From Eledone cirrhosa (taxonomy: Eukaryota): 64,000 nt of DNA. Numbering within the stretch: the stretch's first letter is position 1; every line of letters begins with the position of its first letter. The notes under the pieces were generated by a model. It was not told the origin of the DNA, made no database searches, and saw only the letters and a program-made list of their open reading frames with translations. A program made the position numbers and the translations under genes. The stretch lies in contig OZ024757.1 of NCBI GenBank assembly GCA_964016885.1, positions 33,790,001 through 33,854,000 of the forward strand. Direction: 5' to 3'. Positions 37,046 to 52,314 of the stretch are shown piece after piece.

Positions 37046-37443
37046 TAAGGGTTGGGTGAAAAGTTCATAGGCTAACCAAGATACTCTCATGGAATTTTTA
37101 ACCCTTTAGCATTTAAACCAGCTGCATCCAGCCAGAATTCTCTCACCTTTTTCTGTTTAAACTGGTCATAACTGGCTACTCATACTGATGTTAAGGTACT
37201 GTTCTCAAAATAATTAATATCAAAATCTCATAGATTCGATATTATGTGAGATAAAGACTTTCCCGTGAAAATACAATAGTATATATATAGAATAATGTAA
37301 ATGCTAAAGGGTTAAACATAGTCTCTGGAAAGAAACTCTGATGTCATTAATAGGAAGAGTTGAAATTAATGCATGCAAGATTTCACAGCTCTAGCATCAC
37401 TCCTTCAGTGTCACCCTTTGAACTTTTCAGCATACCCTCGTAT
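37046..37443. mobile_element. Mariner-like MITE with nested TTAA MITE (37098-37315)
   Basis: Imperfect TIRs taagggttgggtgaaaagttc / gaacttttcagcataccctcgta. Confidence 0.55.
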
Positions 37444-37557
37444 TTAGCACCCTTCACTAACTCTACAGTATGTGCCCCATTCTCCGAGTTATGTGCCCAA
37501 GTCATCCAAATAAAATAATTTCAAGTTTGGTAAGCTGACGAACCTAGTTTTTTTAAT

Positions 37558-37790
37558 TTAACCTGTTGACTGCCACACATATTTTACACAGCTACAGTTG
37601 CTGTGCCGGTTTTTTCTTCAGTAAAATGACTATTTGTTTAAACAAATATTTATTAACAACACATATCTGAATGACTGACAAATGTCACATCAATAAACTA
37701 GTAACCCCATCTAGCTTTAAAGTTATAAACTGTTGGAAAAAAGTCCATACATGTTAGGACAATTTATCTCATCTAAGGCACTGAAAAGAT
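37558..37790 (+). mobile_element. TTAA-bounded element; intact relative of the element split by the duplication
   Basis: Starts ttaacctgttgactgccacacatattttacacagctacag; reverse-complement pieces occur at 27225-27262 and 20555-20660. Confidence 0.7.
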
Positions 37791-38369
37791 AATTTTTTTT
37801 TTTTTTTACACTTCTTGGTCTGACCACACAAAGAAAACCCACTAAACCTGTATTTTCCCCTACACAGACCACATTCACCCACTTCAAATCATGTTACATG
37901 TCATACAACCCACCGTCACCACATTGAATATTTCCACAACTCTATGTGACAAAGATATTTAGTGATATATTTATTGATTGAAGGACTAAGAGCATATGTA
38001 ATAATAATAATGATTTCTAGTATAGGCACAAGGCCAGTAATTTCGGGGGAGGAGAAAGTCGATTAAATCGACCCCAGTACATTACTGGTGCTTTATTTTA
38101 TCGACCCCATAAGGATGAAAGGCAAAGTAAACCTTGGCAGGATTTGAACTCAGACCATAAAGAGCCATAACTCTATGCTGCAAACAATGGTGTCCCATTC
38201 TCTACCGATACTGCCAATTCACCGCTGTGTACAGTGCTCAGGTGCACTACAACTCATCAAAGGTGCATGTATAGTACATAGAATAATGTACAAATGTTGG
38301 GAAAGTGAACAGTTTATGAGTCATGCTAGACACACAGACACACACAGAGATGCATGCATGTGTATGTAG

Positions 38370-38745
38370 GGGGAATAGCAGGTGTAGTGTTGACAAATTT
38401 TGGGAAGCATGGAGGTTTTAAAGGATGCAGTGTCGCATCAGCTAACAACTGATGCAGGTAGTTTGTTCCATGCTTCAAAAACTCTGAGCATGAAAAAATG
38501 TTTCTGAAAGTCATGGGAGCTGTGCTGTTTTCTGATTTTGTAAGCATGTCCATTGGTGTTAGACACATGGAATTCAAAAGGTGCCTAGGCTTGTTGTTGG
38601 AAAGATGGTTAATAATTTTGTGGGTGTTTACCAAGTCAGTTGCCAGATGTCAGAGTTTTAATGTATCCATGCCCAGGGAAGCAGGGCATTCAGAGTATGG
38701 TAGATGCCTGATGGAGGGTATTCATTTGGTTGCACGTCTCTGAAC
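38370..38745 (-). mobile_element. CR1-like LINE 3' fragment
   Basis: QRRATK*IPSIRHLPYSE..LGMDTLKL*HLATDLVNTHKII, the CR1 C-terminal pattern. Confidence 0.75.
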
Positions 38746-39329
38746 ATATAAATTACTCTTAACACACAGATTGTCAATATGATGTTCCAGTTGAATTATG
38801 TTAGAGACAAGGTCACAGGGGTGTGACAAAAATGTAGACAGATGACGAAATAAAGGAAAAGTGAATGTATTGTAGATTTTTTTTTTCTAATGGTTAAAAT
38901 AGCCATCAATGATGCAATTACTTAAGTTTCAATTCACAATCATCATCATCATTTAATGTCCATTTTTCCATGCTAACATGGGTTAGATGAGTTGTCCTAT
39001 TGTAAGTCAAGTCAGGTCAGATACCCTTCCTCGTGGACTGGATACTTTTTATCGTGGCACCAAAATGACCACTTTACAGTGTGGACTAGGCACTTTTTGT
39101 CATGATACCTACATAACCACCTTACAGTGTGGACTGAGTACTTTTTATAGTGACACCAACAGGACCACTTTACAGTGTGGGTAGTACAACTTGCTAGATT
39201 GTAAAGGGATGGAAGCTTATCTGGTGTGGTCACATATCCTACCATGACTCCCTTTCCAAAACCATTCTCCAAGGCACAGTTGAAGGAGAGCATAGAAGGG
39301 ACAAACAAAGGAAACTCAAGTCAAACAAC

Positions 39330-39770
39330 ATCAAAGACTGGACTAGACTGTTCACAACACTGCAACAGTTCTGTGTATGAGTATGGTGGAGAGCAGGGTC
39401 CAGTGGTGATTGCAGACTGCCACAGCTGGTCTGACAACATTGAGGTCTGGACAAATCACAACATTGTTTCCCTTCTCTGTATAACAGAGACCAGTGGTGA
39501 CCGCTCACTTCTAGAGTTGGTCTGACAACATGAAGGGCTGGAAAGGCCACAACACTGCAACCCCCTCTGTCTGTGTATGGTGGAGAACAGAGACCTGTAG
39601 TGATTGCTGACTGCCAGAGTTGGTCTGACAACATAAACAACTGGACAGGACACAAGACAGCAACCCCCTCTGTTTGTGTATGGTGGAGAACAGAGACCTG
39701 TGGTGATTGCTGACTGCCAGAGCTGGTCTGACAACATCAAGAACTGGACAAGACAGGTCACAACACTGAA
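39330..39770. repeat. Degenerate ~90-bp tandem repeat (~4-5 copies), probably LINE-derived
   Basis: Recurrent tggtggagaacagagacctg..gtgattgctgactgccagag.tggtctgacaacat. Confidence 0.75.
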
Positions 39771-42700
39771 GGTGGGGAATGCAACACAGCAAACTGTAAA
39801 TTAGGGGATAACATAGGGGTTTTTTCATTAAATTAAATTATGGTCCATATAAGGGTTTTTCTTTATTAAAATAAACTAGGGTCCATATAAGTTTTTTTTT
39901 TTTTTATTAAAGTAGAAAACAAATGTGACAAGGGGAGTTTCCCTTTTTGTTTTTGATGTTGTTGATATTGTTATTGTTGTTGTCATTATTAAATAAGCCC
40001 ATTGTAAGTGAGAGGGGTCACTATTTAATAAGGGGAATAGGGTGGTAGTGATGAGGGAAGGATTAAGGCTCACTGTAAAACTGTTTATCTTTTGTGAGTT
40101 CCTGCATGTGAACCACCACTCCCCTCTACCAGCTCCACCACCACCCTCCCATCACCACTACCATCACGTATCACCATCCTCATCACCCTCCCTACCACCA
40201 CCACCATCATCCTCCATCACCCACCCCCAACAGCACCCACCCCATCACCACAACCACCATACCACCGCTATCACTCCATAATCACAACCACCAGCATCAT
40301 TCTGCATCACCATCCCCACCACCACCACCACCAACTTTACCCTCCATCACCATCCCTACCATCATCAACCTCCATAATTACTGTCACCGCCACCATCACC
40401 ATCATCACCATCACACCACCCTAACCATGCAACCACCGCCATCACCCCATTATCACAACCACCAGCATCCCTTTTATTACAGTGCTTGGCTATTGGGTTA
40501 CTGATACATCCTGGCTACTACCACCACCACTACTACTACCACTACTACTACTATTACTACCACTACTATTACTACCACTACTATTACTATCACTACTATT
40601 ATTATTACTACCACTACCACTACTACTACCACCACCACAACTACTACCACCACCACCACCACCACTACTACTACTATTAGTAGTAGTGGTGGTGGTGGTG
40701 GGGTATTTAGGTGGTTAATAAACTGCTGGAATGTCAACAGCTCCATCTGGTGGTTATCTTGACTCTTGTGACACACACACACCCACCATTTCCCACCCTA
40801 CCAGCTCCAACCACTCACCCATCCGCATGTTTATTTCTATCTCAATCTCTCTCTATCCATCTCTCAGTCTCTCTCTCTATCTATCTATCGCTCTCTCTCC
40901 TCTGCTTGTCCCTATCCCTCTCTCTCCCCACTGCGACATGGGGAGGGGGGCGTCTCCTCATCTTCATCCTTATCTCTGCCTACTCCTCTCCCTCTTCGTC
41001 CCCTTTCTCCTCTGCTTTACCCTATTTCCACCCCACTCTCATCACAATGTCTTTTATTTCTGTAATAGCTCATTGCTGAAAAAAATACCTTACTATTACA
41101 ACTGTCAGCTAATAAGGGATTCACTATATCGAGTCTAGAAATAGCAGCCAAAACCTCCCTCATCTCCAGGCATTTTAAAGAAAAGGGTTGCAGGGGGAAA
41201 AACACATAATCTTACATAATCATTACCATAATAACCATAATAGTCATAATGGTTTTTTGATTTAGGCACAAAGCCATCAATTTTGGAGGAAGGGCAAGTC
41301 GTTTAACCCTTTAGCATTTACATTACTCTATATATATACTATTATATTTTCATCGCTTTACCTCACATAATTATCTTACATATCATTTACATTACTCTAT
41401 ATATACTATTGTATTTTCATGGTAAAGGCTCTTTATCTTAACCCTTTAGCATTCACATTACTCTATATATACTATTATATTTTCACGGTAAAGGCTTTAT
41501 CTCATATAATTACCTCACATAATATCTAATCTATGAGATTTTGAAAGAATTTATTTTGAGAACAATACCTTAACATCAGTTTGAGTGACCAGTTACAGCC
41601 AGTTTCAACAGAAAGAGGTAGAGAATTCTGGTCGGTTTTGGCGGTTTGAACATTAAAGGGTTAAATAATTATCTCACATGATATTGAATCTATGAGATTT
41701 TGAAAATAATACCTTAACATCAGTATTAGTGACTAGTTACAGCCAGTTTGAACAGAATGTGGTAAGAGAATTCTGGCCAGATACGGCTGGTTTAAATGCT
41801 AAAAGATTAAATCGATCTCACTGCATTACTGATACACATGAAGGCATGTGGCTTTTTCAATATTTATGTTTTGTCAAAATCCAGGTGAGTCAGTTTCTGA
41901 TTTCATTGCTTGATTGAAAACATTAAATCCTGCAAGTTTGGTAACACCATAGAAGTAATGTAAGTCTTGTTGGTAGTAAGAGTAGCAGATGATCACATTT
42001 GCTATCTAACCCTCTAGCATTTAAACCGGCCGTACCCAGCCAGAATTTTCTTACCTATTTCTGTTTAAACTGGCCATAACTGGCCACTCATACGGATGTT
42101 AGGGTGTTGTTCTCAAAATAAATAATATCAAAATCTCATAACTTTGATATCGTGTGTGATAATTATATGAGGTAAAGCCTTTACTGTGAAAATACAATAG
42201 TATATATAGAGTAATGGAAATGCTAAAGAGTTAAAGTATTCGGCTCACAATCGTAAGGTTGTGAGTTTGATTCCCAGCAGCACATTGTGTCCTTGAGCAA
42301 GACAATTTATTTCATGTTACTCCAGTTCACTCAGCTGGCAAAAATGAGTTGTACCTGTAATTCAAAGGGGCAGCCTTGTCACATTCTGTGTTGCGCTGAA
42401 TCTCCCAGAAAACTACATTAAGAGTACACGTGTCTGTGGAATGCTCAACCACTTACACGTTAATTTCATGAGCAGGCTGTTCTGTTGATCGGATCGATTG
42501 GAACACCTATCGTAACTGACGGAGTGCCAGTGAGTTACTGGCACTTTATTTTATCAACCCTGTAAGGGTGAAAGAGGCAAAGCTAACCCTGGTAGGATTT
42601 GAGCTCAAACCGTAAAGGGCCGTAACTCTATGCTGCAAAGCATGGCATTCGACCCTCTACCAATACTGTCAATATAAATAATATAATATATACTATGTAT

Positions 42701-43762
42701 AAATAAGTATTGTATATTTTTTATTTTACTATATTTATATATAATATGTATCATTTGATATTTAATATACTATTATATCATCTCTACTGCCCCCCTGCAC
42801 TGACCCCATAGGCCCCAGCACCCCCACCCACCTGGACCTTCGTCCAGGGCAGGGAGTAGCGCCCACTTTGAGAACCTCTGTGTTAGAGTGAGAAAGAAAC
42901 CAATATTTACTTATTATGTGATATTATGTATCATCATCATCGTCATCGCCGTCTAACATCCATTTCCTGCGGCGGCGGTGGTGGTGGATATACACAATCC
43001 TAATCAAGCCCTCTTCTGATTTTGGCCTTCGTAATTATTATATCATCATCATCATCACCGTTTTACGTCCGTTCTTCCACGCTAGCATGGGTTAGACGGG
43101 TTGTCCTGTTGTGGGCAGTGTCTGGTCGGCTGACCATGCCTTGCTCATACAGGAACTGATCTGGCTTGATTTCTACAGCTGGATGCCCTTCCTAACACCA
43201 ACCTCATTTACAGTGAGTGATGGGTGCTTTTTCGTGGCGCCTACACGTCCACTTTACAGTGTGGGCTGGGTGCTTTTTTTGCCGTGGTACCTCCACGACC
43301 ACCCTGCGGTGGGGGGAGTGGGGGCATATTGTTTATATGCTTCAGCATGTACCCATGGGAGGTCGGGTACCCTGTATTACTGCGTGACGCCAGAAGTCAC
43401 GGTCGTGTGTCATTGTCTTTGAGAGGTGTAGTTGGGTAAGGTCGGCTTTTATCACCTCATCCCAAGTCATCTTGGGTCTCCCAACTCCGCGGTTTCCATC
43501 AATATATATATATATATATATCATCATTGTTAAACGTCTATCTACCACACTAGCATGGGTTAAACGGGAATTGTCCCACTTGAGGCAAGATTGGTCGGGT
43601 GACCGTGTCTCGCTCGTATAGGACTATCTGACAGGTTTTCTACGACTGGATGCCCTTCCTAACACCAGCCACAATATATATATATATATATATACACACA
43701 CATATATATACCTATGTATATATATTCATTAATGTTGTGTGGTATTATATATATATATGTAT

Positions 43763-43793
<31 letters not shown>

Positions 43794-43974
43794 GTATATA
43801 TATATTCATTAATTGTTTCTTCTTTTGGCACAAGGCCAGCAATTACCCAGTGCATTACTGGTACTTTATTTTATCGACCCCGTAAGGATGAAAGGCAAAG
43901 TTAACCTCGGCGGGATTTGAACTCAGATCATAAAGGGCCATAACTCTTTGCTGATATTCATTAATGTTGTGTGG

Positions 43975-44008
<34 letters not shown>

Positions 44009-46442
44009 AACACCTTTCGTAACTGTACTCCTTGTTGTTATTTACTTTTCTAATATATATATATATATTAATTTATGTTGTGTGGTATATCAATGGGTAG
44101 AACTTGTCATTCTGTTTAGTTAACCATGATGTAATAGTAAGAAAAGCACTCTACGCTATACAACTCATCCACCATAGATGTGGTGTCCTGTGGCTGGTGT
44201 AGGAATGGAGTTAAATATTTATACTATACATATGATGTAACTAAGCCATTGAAATATGTATAATGTTTTTGTACTATTATATATATGTATGTATGTGTGT
44301 GTGTGTGTGTGTAAATAAGACCATTATTGTTCCAATCAGTCCATAAACACTGTTAATGACTCTTGCTAAACCAAATCACAACCCACCCTTAAAATTCGGC
44401 AAACCAAACACGAACCTCCCACCTTCTCAGACAGCCACCAAATAAGGAATACAGGCGCTATTAAACTACAGCTCTAATATATAATAAAACTATTGTTATC
44501 TGCAGTGTATATGACCCCATTACATAATAGGTTGTGCTCCCCCTTCTCCCGTTGTCTCGCAACTTTCAACCTATCCACCTGGATGACATGATACCATGCA
44601 TCAGGAAGTCTTGTTTGTACAACACAACATAAAAAACCCCAAAAGAAATAAGCGAAATGAACCCAAGATGAAAATCACAAAATAGGTTATCAAAAAGGGA
44701 TATATATAAATAAAGGAAAAGAATGACTTCACTTGTAGTTCTAAACAATTTAATTTAATTTTATAATATTATGATATAAATACACAAATGAATGTTGACA
44801 TATTTGCATTATTACATAATAAGATATCGGTAGAGGGTCGGACGCCATGCTTTATGGTCTGAGTTCAAATCCTAACGAGGTTAACTTTGCCGTTCATCCT
44901 TGCAGGGTCGATAAAATAAAGTACCAGTAATGCACTGGGATAATTGCTGGCCTTGTGCCAAAAGTAGAAACAATTAATACATAATTGTATTTATCACATG
45001 TTATGCGCATTTCTGCAATGCCAGCACATTGTTGTTAAGCAATTGCAACAGCAGCTAGCATGGCTTCATCAGACAGCTACATCAAAATAATTATGCATGA
45101 GTAACAGAAAAGGAATAAGGTTGTTGAAATGGTTCAACAAGAGAGAGAGACGTTAATAGTTGTGTGTGTTTGTGTCACATAATGAACAATATGTTGAAAA
45201 ATAAATTGACAAAAGTGTCAGACATAGAAAGGAGTATTAAAAAGGTTGATGGGGTGGACAACATCTACACCTTTGGCTGTATGATGTATCTCAACAACTG
45301 TACCCTGTGCTGAACAACATGATGAAAACATTTCCTTGAGGAACAGCCAGCCTTACCCACTGCATTAGCCATCCCGCCTCTTTGTGGTTTACAGTGTTTG
45401 CTAAGTGTTTATGGACTGATTGGAACAATGACTATGCATGTGTATGTGTGTATGAGTATGTATGTATGTGTGTGCATGTAGGTGTTATATCTGTATGTGT
45501 ATGGTGTATATATGCATGTATATGTGTATATATGCATGTCTGTATGTGTATGGTGTATATATGCATGTATATAAGTGTGTGTGCATGTAGGTGTTCTGTC
45601 TGTATGTGTATGGTGTGTATATGCATGTATATAAGTGTATGTATGCATGTAGGTGCTGTGTCTCTGTGTGTGGTGTATATATATGCATGAATATAAATGT
45701 ATGTATGCATGTAGGTACTGTCTGTATGTGTATGGTGTGTATATATGCATGTATATAAGTATATGTATGCATGTATATAAGTGTATGTGTGCATGTAGGT
45801 GTTGTGTCTGTATGGTATGTATATGCATGTATACATTTGCGTATATGTATGTGTGTGTATGTGCATGTAGGGGTTGTGTATGGTGTGTATATGCGTGTAT
45901 GTATGCATTTGCATATATGTATGTGTTGTGTATGTTTATATGTGTCTACTGTATATATGCATGTGCGTATGTGTTGTGTATAGTGTATGTATATGCATGT
46001 ATGCATGTGCATATATGTATGTGTATATTTAATTTTCATTTCTATTATATATTATGTCATTTCTTTAATCTGGTGGCATATTTGGTTACATACGTCATGT
46101 GCAATACTGGCCTCAGTGTATATGTACTCGCATAATTAATAAAACACACATATTTATGCTTCATACATGCATACATACACCACACACACACACATATACA
46201 AACACACTCTGAATCTGTGTATGCTTCAAACATGCATATATACACCATACACACATACACATACATATATGCATATATATATATGTTTCATACATGTATA
46301 TATATACACCACGCACATACACTCCGAGTCTAATCTACATACACATACATATATTCATACATGCACATACATACATGTACGTGCGTACATACATATATGT
46401 ACACCATACACATACATGCATACATACACTTACATGCATACA

Positions 46443-47172
46443 TGGAACAAAGCTTGCATGCTCCGCTGGATGTGTAATAGTAATATACGCGAACGGCAAA
46501 GCATAAACGAACTAAGGAAAAAATTAGAAATAAGAGGGATCAGATGTTGTTTACTCGAGAGAAGGCTACGTTGGTATGGTCACGTGATGCGCATGAAAGA
46601 CGACAGCTGTATAGCAAAGTGCAGGGCAATAAAGATAGACGGTAGCCACGGAGTAGGCAGACCCAGAAAAACCTGGGACGAGCTGATAAATTCAGACCTC
46701 ACACACTTACACCTCTCCAAGACAATGTCACTGGACCGAGACCTTTGGCGGTACTCAGTAATAGAGAAGACCCGCCTTACCTAAATACAAAGTAAAACCT
46801 ACTACAGTCAGTAGGCATCTCTAACAAAATACACCCCCGTCCCACCACCCCGACCCCATCCACACCACCCCTTTCAATGTAAAGTTATGTTGGTGCCACA
46901 AAATCCAGGCCGAAACAAATGAGATCGTGTAGGTGTTACGACAAAAAAACACACAGTCCACGCTGTAATGTGACCGTGTAGGCAACACGGTAAAAACCTC
47001 CCAGTCCCACACTGTAAATGTGGTTGGTGTTAGGAAGGGCATCCAGCTGTAGAAAACCCGCCAGACTCCTATGCGAGCAAGACAACCACTCTTGCCTCAA
47101 GTGGGAAAACTCCCGTCCAAACCCATGCAAGCGTGGAACATGGACGTTAAACGATGATGATGATGATGATGA
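46443..47172 (+). mobile_element. RTE LINE 3' end, same family as 21168-23178
   Basis: Nearly identical C-terminus ...RDLWRYSVIEKTRLT, 3' UTR and (GAT)n tail. Confidence 0.92.
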
Positions 47173-48413
47173 TGACACCATACACATACATACATGTACA
47201 TACAGATACATGCATACATATATGTACACCATACACATACATACATGTACATATACATGCATACATACACTTACATGCATACATATATGTACACCATACA
47301 CATACATATATGTACATCACATACACATACATGCATACATATACTTACATGCATACATATATACAATGTACACATACAAACATACACAATAGCTACTGGC
47401 ACACTTACATACATACACATACATATATGCACATGCATACATACACTTATATACATGTATACACATACAGACATACACAACACCTACATGCACATACATA
47501 TACGCAAATGTATACATGTTTACATTCATGCATATGTACACCATACACATACAGACTCAACACCTACATGCACACATACACACATGCATACTCTTATATA
47601 CATACAGACATAACGCCTACATGCACATACGCACACATACACACACACACACACATACTGATACACACATACACATACATAGGTAGTAAAGTTAGTGTGG
47701 CACCACAGAGTTGCTTAGTGGCAGGAGAGTGGGGAAGGGAGGTAACTTTTGATAGTTTAAACTAAATATGATAACTAGAGGGTGAAGTGGAGGGGGGGGG
47801 GGTTGTATGTGGGTGGAATGATGACAAAGAGTGTGGGGTGGGGGGCGAAACATTGGTAATATCAGTGGTTGAATCGTGAGGAAACCAAAATGATGCTGGG
47901 ATACTGATCTGGCATATAAACACACAGATACACACACACACACACACACACACATACATACACATGTAATATAAATATAGTACCTAGCTCTCTCTATATA
48001 TATTTATATATGTGCATACACACACACATATATACACACACATATATATATATACACACACACACACACATATATATATATACACACACACACACATATA
48101 TATATATACACACACACACATATATATATGCATATATATACACACACACACATATATGTATGTCTACATGCTATCACATAATAGTTAGGTGTGTGGATGG
48201 GTGGAATTGGAGCTTTTAGTCTGTCTGTTGACCCAGAAAGGATGTAAAATGTCATTAGATGCTGAAAGGTGACGTAGTGGCTTGATTGCTTAACACAGAC
48301 TTTGACACGGAAATATACCGCCATTTTGGAATGTGGCTTTACATTGAGATGGCTGTTGTTGCTGTTTGTGCGTGTGTGATGAGGGTTGTTATTGTGGTGA
48401 TGATGATAATGGC

Positions 48414-48452
<39 letters not shown>

Positions 48453-48719
48453 ATTCTTTGCTGTTGCTATCATTTTCCTAGTGTGTATATATATATATAT
48501 ACATACACGTGTGTGTGTCTATGTATGTTTGTACAGGGGGTTATCAGAGATCCAGGTGCCATTCTGTCCCTGTATATATATATATATATATATATATAAC
48601 TAGCTGTTGAAACGGCAGGAGTTCAGCCATCGGGGTCCCGAATCCTTCATGTATATATACATATATATATGTAGTTATAGGAATAACTAAAGAGTGCTTA
48701 GAAATACATAGTTTTATTA

Positions 48720-48764
48720 GCTAACAGTGTTTCATCCATACACCATGGCAGGAATCTTCAGAGC
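48720..48764 (-). ncRNA. Hammerhead ribozyme-like motif
   Basis: Minus strand GCU-CUGAAGA-U-UCCUGC-CAUGGU-GUAUGGA-U-GAA-ACACUGU-U-AGC; same architecture as 15988-16040. Confidence 0.5.
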
Positions 48765-49532
48765 CTATAAACATAAGTATATCAGTAGTTGCATGCTCCA
48801 TAGAGCTGCGTCACCAGAACAAGGTTAAATGACCAGCAGGGGGGTCCCGAGGCTAGCATTATATAGAAAAAGACATAATACATGATGCACATAATGTCAT
48901 AAAATGTCTTAAAAATTTAAGATTACACCAAAAATGTATCACTCATGTATGTATGTATGTTATAATCTAAAGCTTTGCAGTGAAATTTCTCTATTTCCAA
49001 CTTCTTCAGAGATCATCGGGAGCTAGCTTCATTTATCAAACCATTGTTTTGAATTTTATTGAGAATGGTAACATAATATATCTGGATGGGTAAAAAGTAG
49101 CAACAGTATCAAACAAAACAACTTAAATAATTACTGTGGTATGTTGTAAAGTCTAACACATGCACACACACATACAGATATACATATATGTATATATATA
49201 TATATATATAATCATCATCATACTAACGACCGCTTTCCCTGCTTGCTAGGGTTGGATGGGTCTACATAGACCACGATTGTACTGAAGCGATAGCTACTGA
49301 TCTCACAGAATGCCGGATTCCAAATATTCCTTTAATGTTGCAAAAATCGCAATACGTATTTCTATGGCTTACATCATCAGATCACCACATAAGACTTATG
49401 GAGATGTCATCAGATCACCACATAAGACTTATGGTGATGTCATCAGATGTAAATTGCAATAAACAGAGAATAAACATAATTCAGAGATTGCACGAATCTA
49501 GTGTTACTGCTATGACAAAGCCACAATGCCTA

Positions 49533-49577
<45 letters not shown>

Positions 49578-49629
49578 AAGTATATATATATATATATATA
49601 CTTACACATATATATATACTTACATATAT

Positions 49630-49729
<100 letters not shown>

Positions 49730-50040
49730 TTACATATATATATACATCCACACATATATATATATATACTTACATATATATATATATACATCCACATATA
49801 TATATAGTTCAAGGAGACAGCTGCATTCCCATCAGCGAGGTGTGTCCTTAAGCAAGGCACTTTATTACACATTGCTCCAGTCCAATTAGCTACCAAAAAT
49901 GAGTTGTCCCTGTAATTCAAACGGCTACTCTTGTCACATTATGTGTCATACTGAATCTCCCTGAGAACTACACTTGCTCATTAATTTCATGAGCAGTCTG
50001 TTCCACTGATCATATTAACTGGAATGCCAGTTATATATAT

Positions 50041-50232
50041 GAAAAGAATCAGGACCCCGACAGCTGAGCTCCAGCCATTTCAACAGCTAGATCCGAGTTC
50101 AGATCTAGCTGTCGAAACGGCCGGAGCTCAGCCGTCGGGGTCCTGAATCTTTTCATATTACCCCCTCTACTACCCCGAGTATCGAGTACTCTAGTGGGTT
50201 ATGGTCTACCTGGTTTTTACCACACCCTATCT
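50041..50232 (+). mobile_element. Penelope-like pseudo-LTR fragment, ~115-bp hairpin plus tail
   Basis: gaaaagaatcaggaccccgac...gtcggggtcctgaatcttttc; contains the GAAACGGC..GCCGUC half of a hammerhead. Confidence 0.6.
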
Positions 50233-50281
<49 letters not shown>

Positions 50282-50285
50282 TTAT

Positions 50286-50472
50286 AAAAATGGCTTCTAC
50301 AGACCTAGAACTGTTTCATTTGAAGGAAATCATCAGGAAAGTTCTGATGATTTCCTTTGAATGAAGCAGTTCTAGTCCTGTAGAAGCCATTTCTTTATTA
50401 AATTTGTTGTATATACTCTTCTAATGCATTGAGTACCTTCCTTACTGTGATTACCTCTGACTGAACCCGGGA

Positions 50473-50475
<3 letters not shown>
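50286..50475 (+). mobile_element. Penelope-like pseudo-LTR fragment (second family) with inverted hammerhead core
   Basis: aaatggcttctacag...tcatcaggaaagttctgatga...ctgtagaagccattt hairpin; related copy at 63759-63930. Confidence 0.6.
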
Positions 50476-50565
<90 letters not shown>

Positions 50566-50568
<3 letters not shown>

Positions 50569-50769
50569 GGAACCAGTAAGACCCCGACAGCTGAGCTCAA
50601 GCCGTTTCGACGGCTAATTCTGGACTAAATTTAGTCCAGAATTAGCCGTCGAAACGGCTTGAGCTCAGCTGTCGGGGTCTTACTGGTTCCTATTACCCAC
50701 TCTACTACCTCAAGTATTGAGTACTTTGGTGCGTTATGGTCCACCTGGTTCCTTACCACATTTCCTTCG

Positions 50770-50771
<2 letters not shown>
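50566..50771 (+). mobile_element. Penelope-like pseudo-LTR fragment, perfect ~125-bp palindrome plus tail
   Basis: ataggaaccagtaagaccccgac...ggactaaatttagtcc...gtcggggtcttactggttcctat. Confidence 0.65.
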
Positions 50772-50820
<49 letters not shown>

Positions 50821-51350
50821 TAGATACATAGGCATACACCCCCCCACATATATATATATAATCATACATACATAGCCCCCCCCCCCCACACTATATAATA
50901 TTCCACAAGTTTACAAAATCCTCCATCGAATTGACCAATTACAGATTCAATTTCCGCTGTTCTTATTTGGTGTTGTTGTTGTTATTATTGTGGTGGTGGT
51001 GGTGGTGTTGCTGTTAGTGTGTCTGTGTCTGTATGTGTATGTTCCTACTTATATATATATGTGTATATATATATGTGTATATATATATATATATATAATA
51101 TTCATATCAATTGAACAATATATATATATATATATATATTGTTCAATTGATATGAATATTGTGTGTATATAAATATGTATATATATTGTGTATATATATA
51201 TATATTGTGTGTGTATATATATATATTGTGTGTATATATATATATATTGTGTGTATATATATATATATATATATTGTATATATATCTATATATTGTATAT
51301 ATATATATATATTGTATATATATATATATATTGTGTGTATATATATATAT

Positions 51351-51381
<31 letters not shown>

Positions 51382-51435
51382 TGTGTGTATATATATATAT
51401 ATATATTGTGTATATATATATATATATATATATAT

Positions 51436-51560
<125 letters not shown>

Positions 51561-52149
51561 CACATGTGTGTGCTGTGACACTTTAATCTATGTGGGATGA
51601 CTTATTTAGTTTTCAGAAATTAATCAGATCAGAGTTGATGTATCAATAGAAATCGATAGTTACATAGATAAATACATATACACACAGATATACATATATA
51701 TACACAGACACACATATATATATATATACATACATATATACACATACACATATATATATATACACATACACATATATATATATATATATACACATACACA
51801 CACATATATATATATATATACACATAAACATACACATAATTACACAAAAACACATGTACAGATGTACATATATATAAACACACACACATATGCATATATA
51901 TAAATGCATACACACACACACACATGTATATATATATTCATTTATTTATTTATCGATCTATCTCAATTTCATTTATGAATATAAATATGTATATATACAC
52001 ATATATATATATATATATATATGTGTGTGTATATATACACACATATATATATATATATATGTATATATACACACATATATATGTATATATACACATATAT
52101 ATATATACATATATATATGTACATGTGTATATAGATATATATGTATGTC

Positions 52150-52185
<36 letters not shown>

Positions 52186-52283
52186 CACACGTTTATTGAT
52201 CTACCTATATTTATCAATATCTTCAATTTTATGTATGTATATATGTATGTAATGTATGTACCATTGTAAGGATATGTATGCAT

Positions 52284-52314
<31 letters not shown>

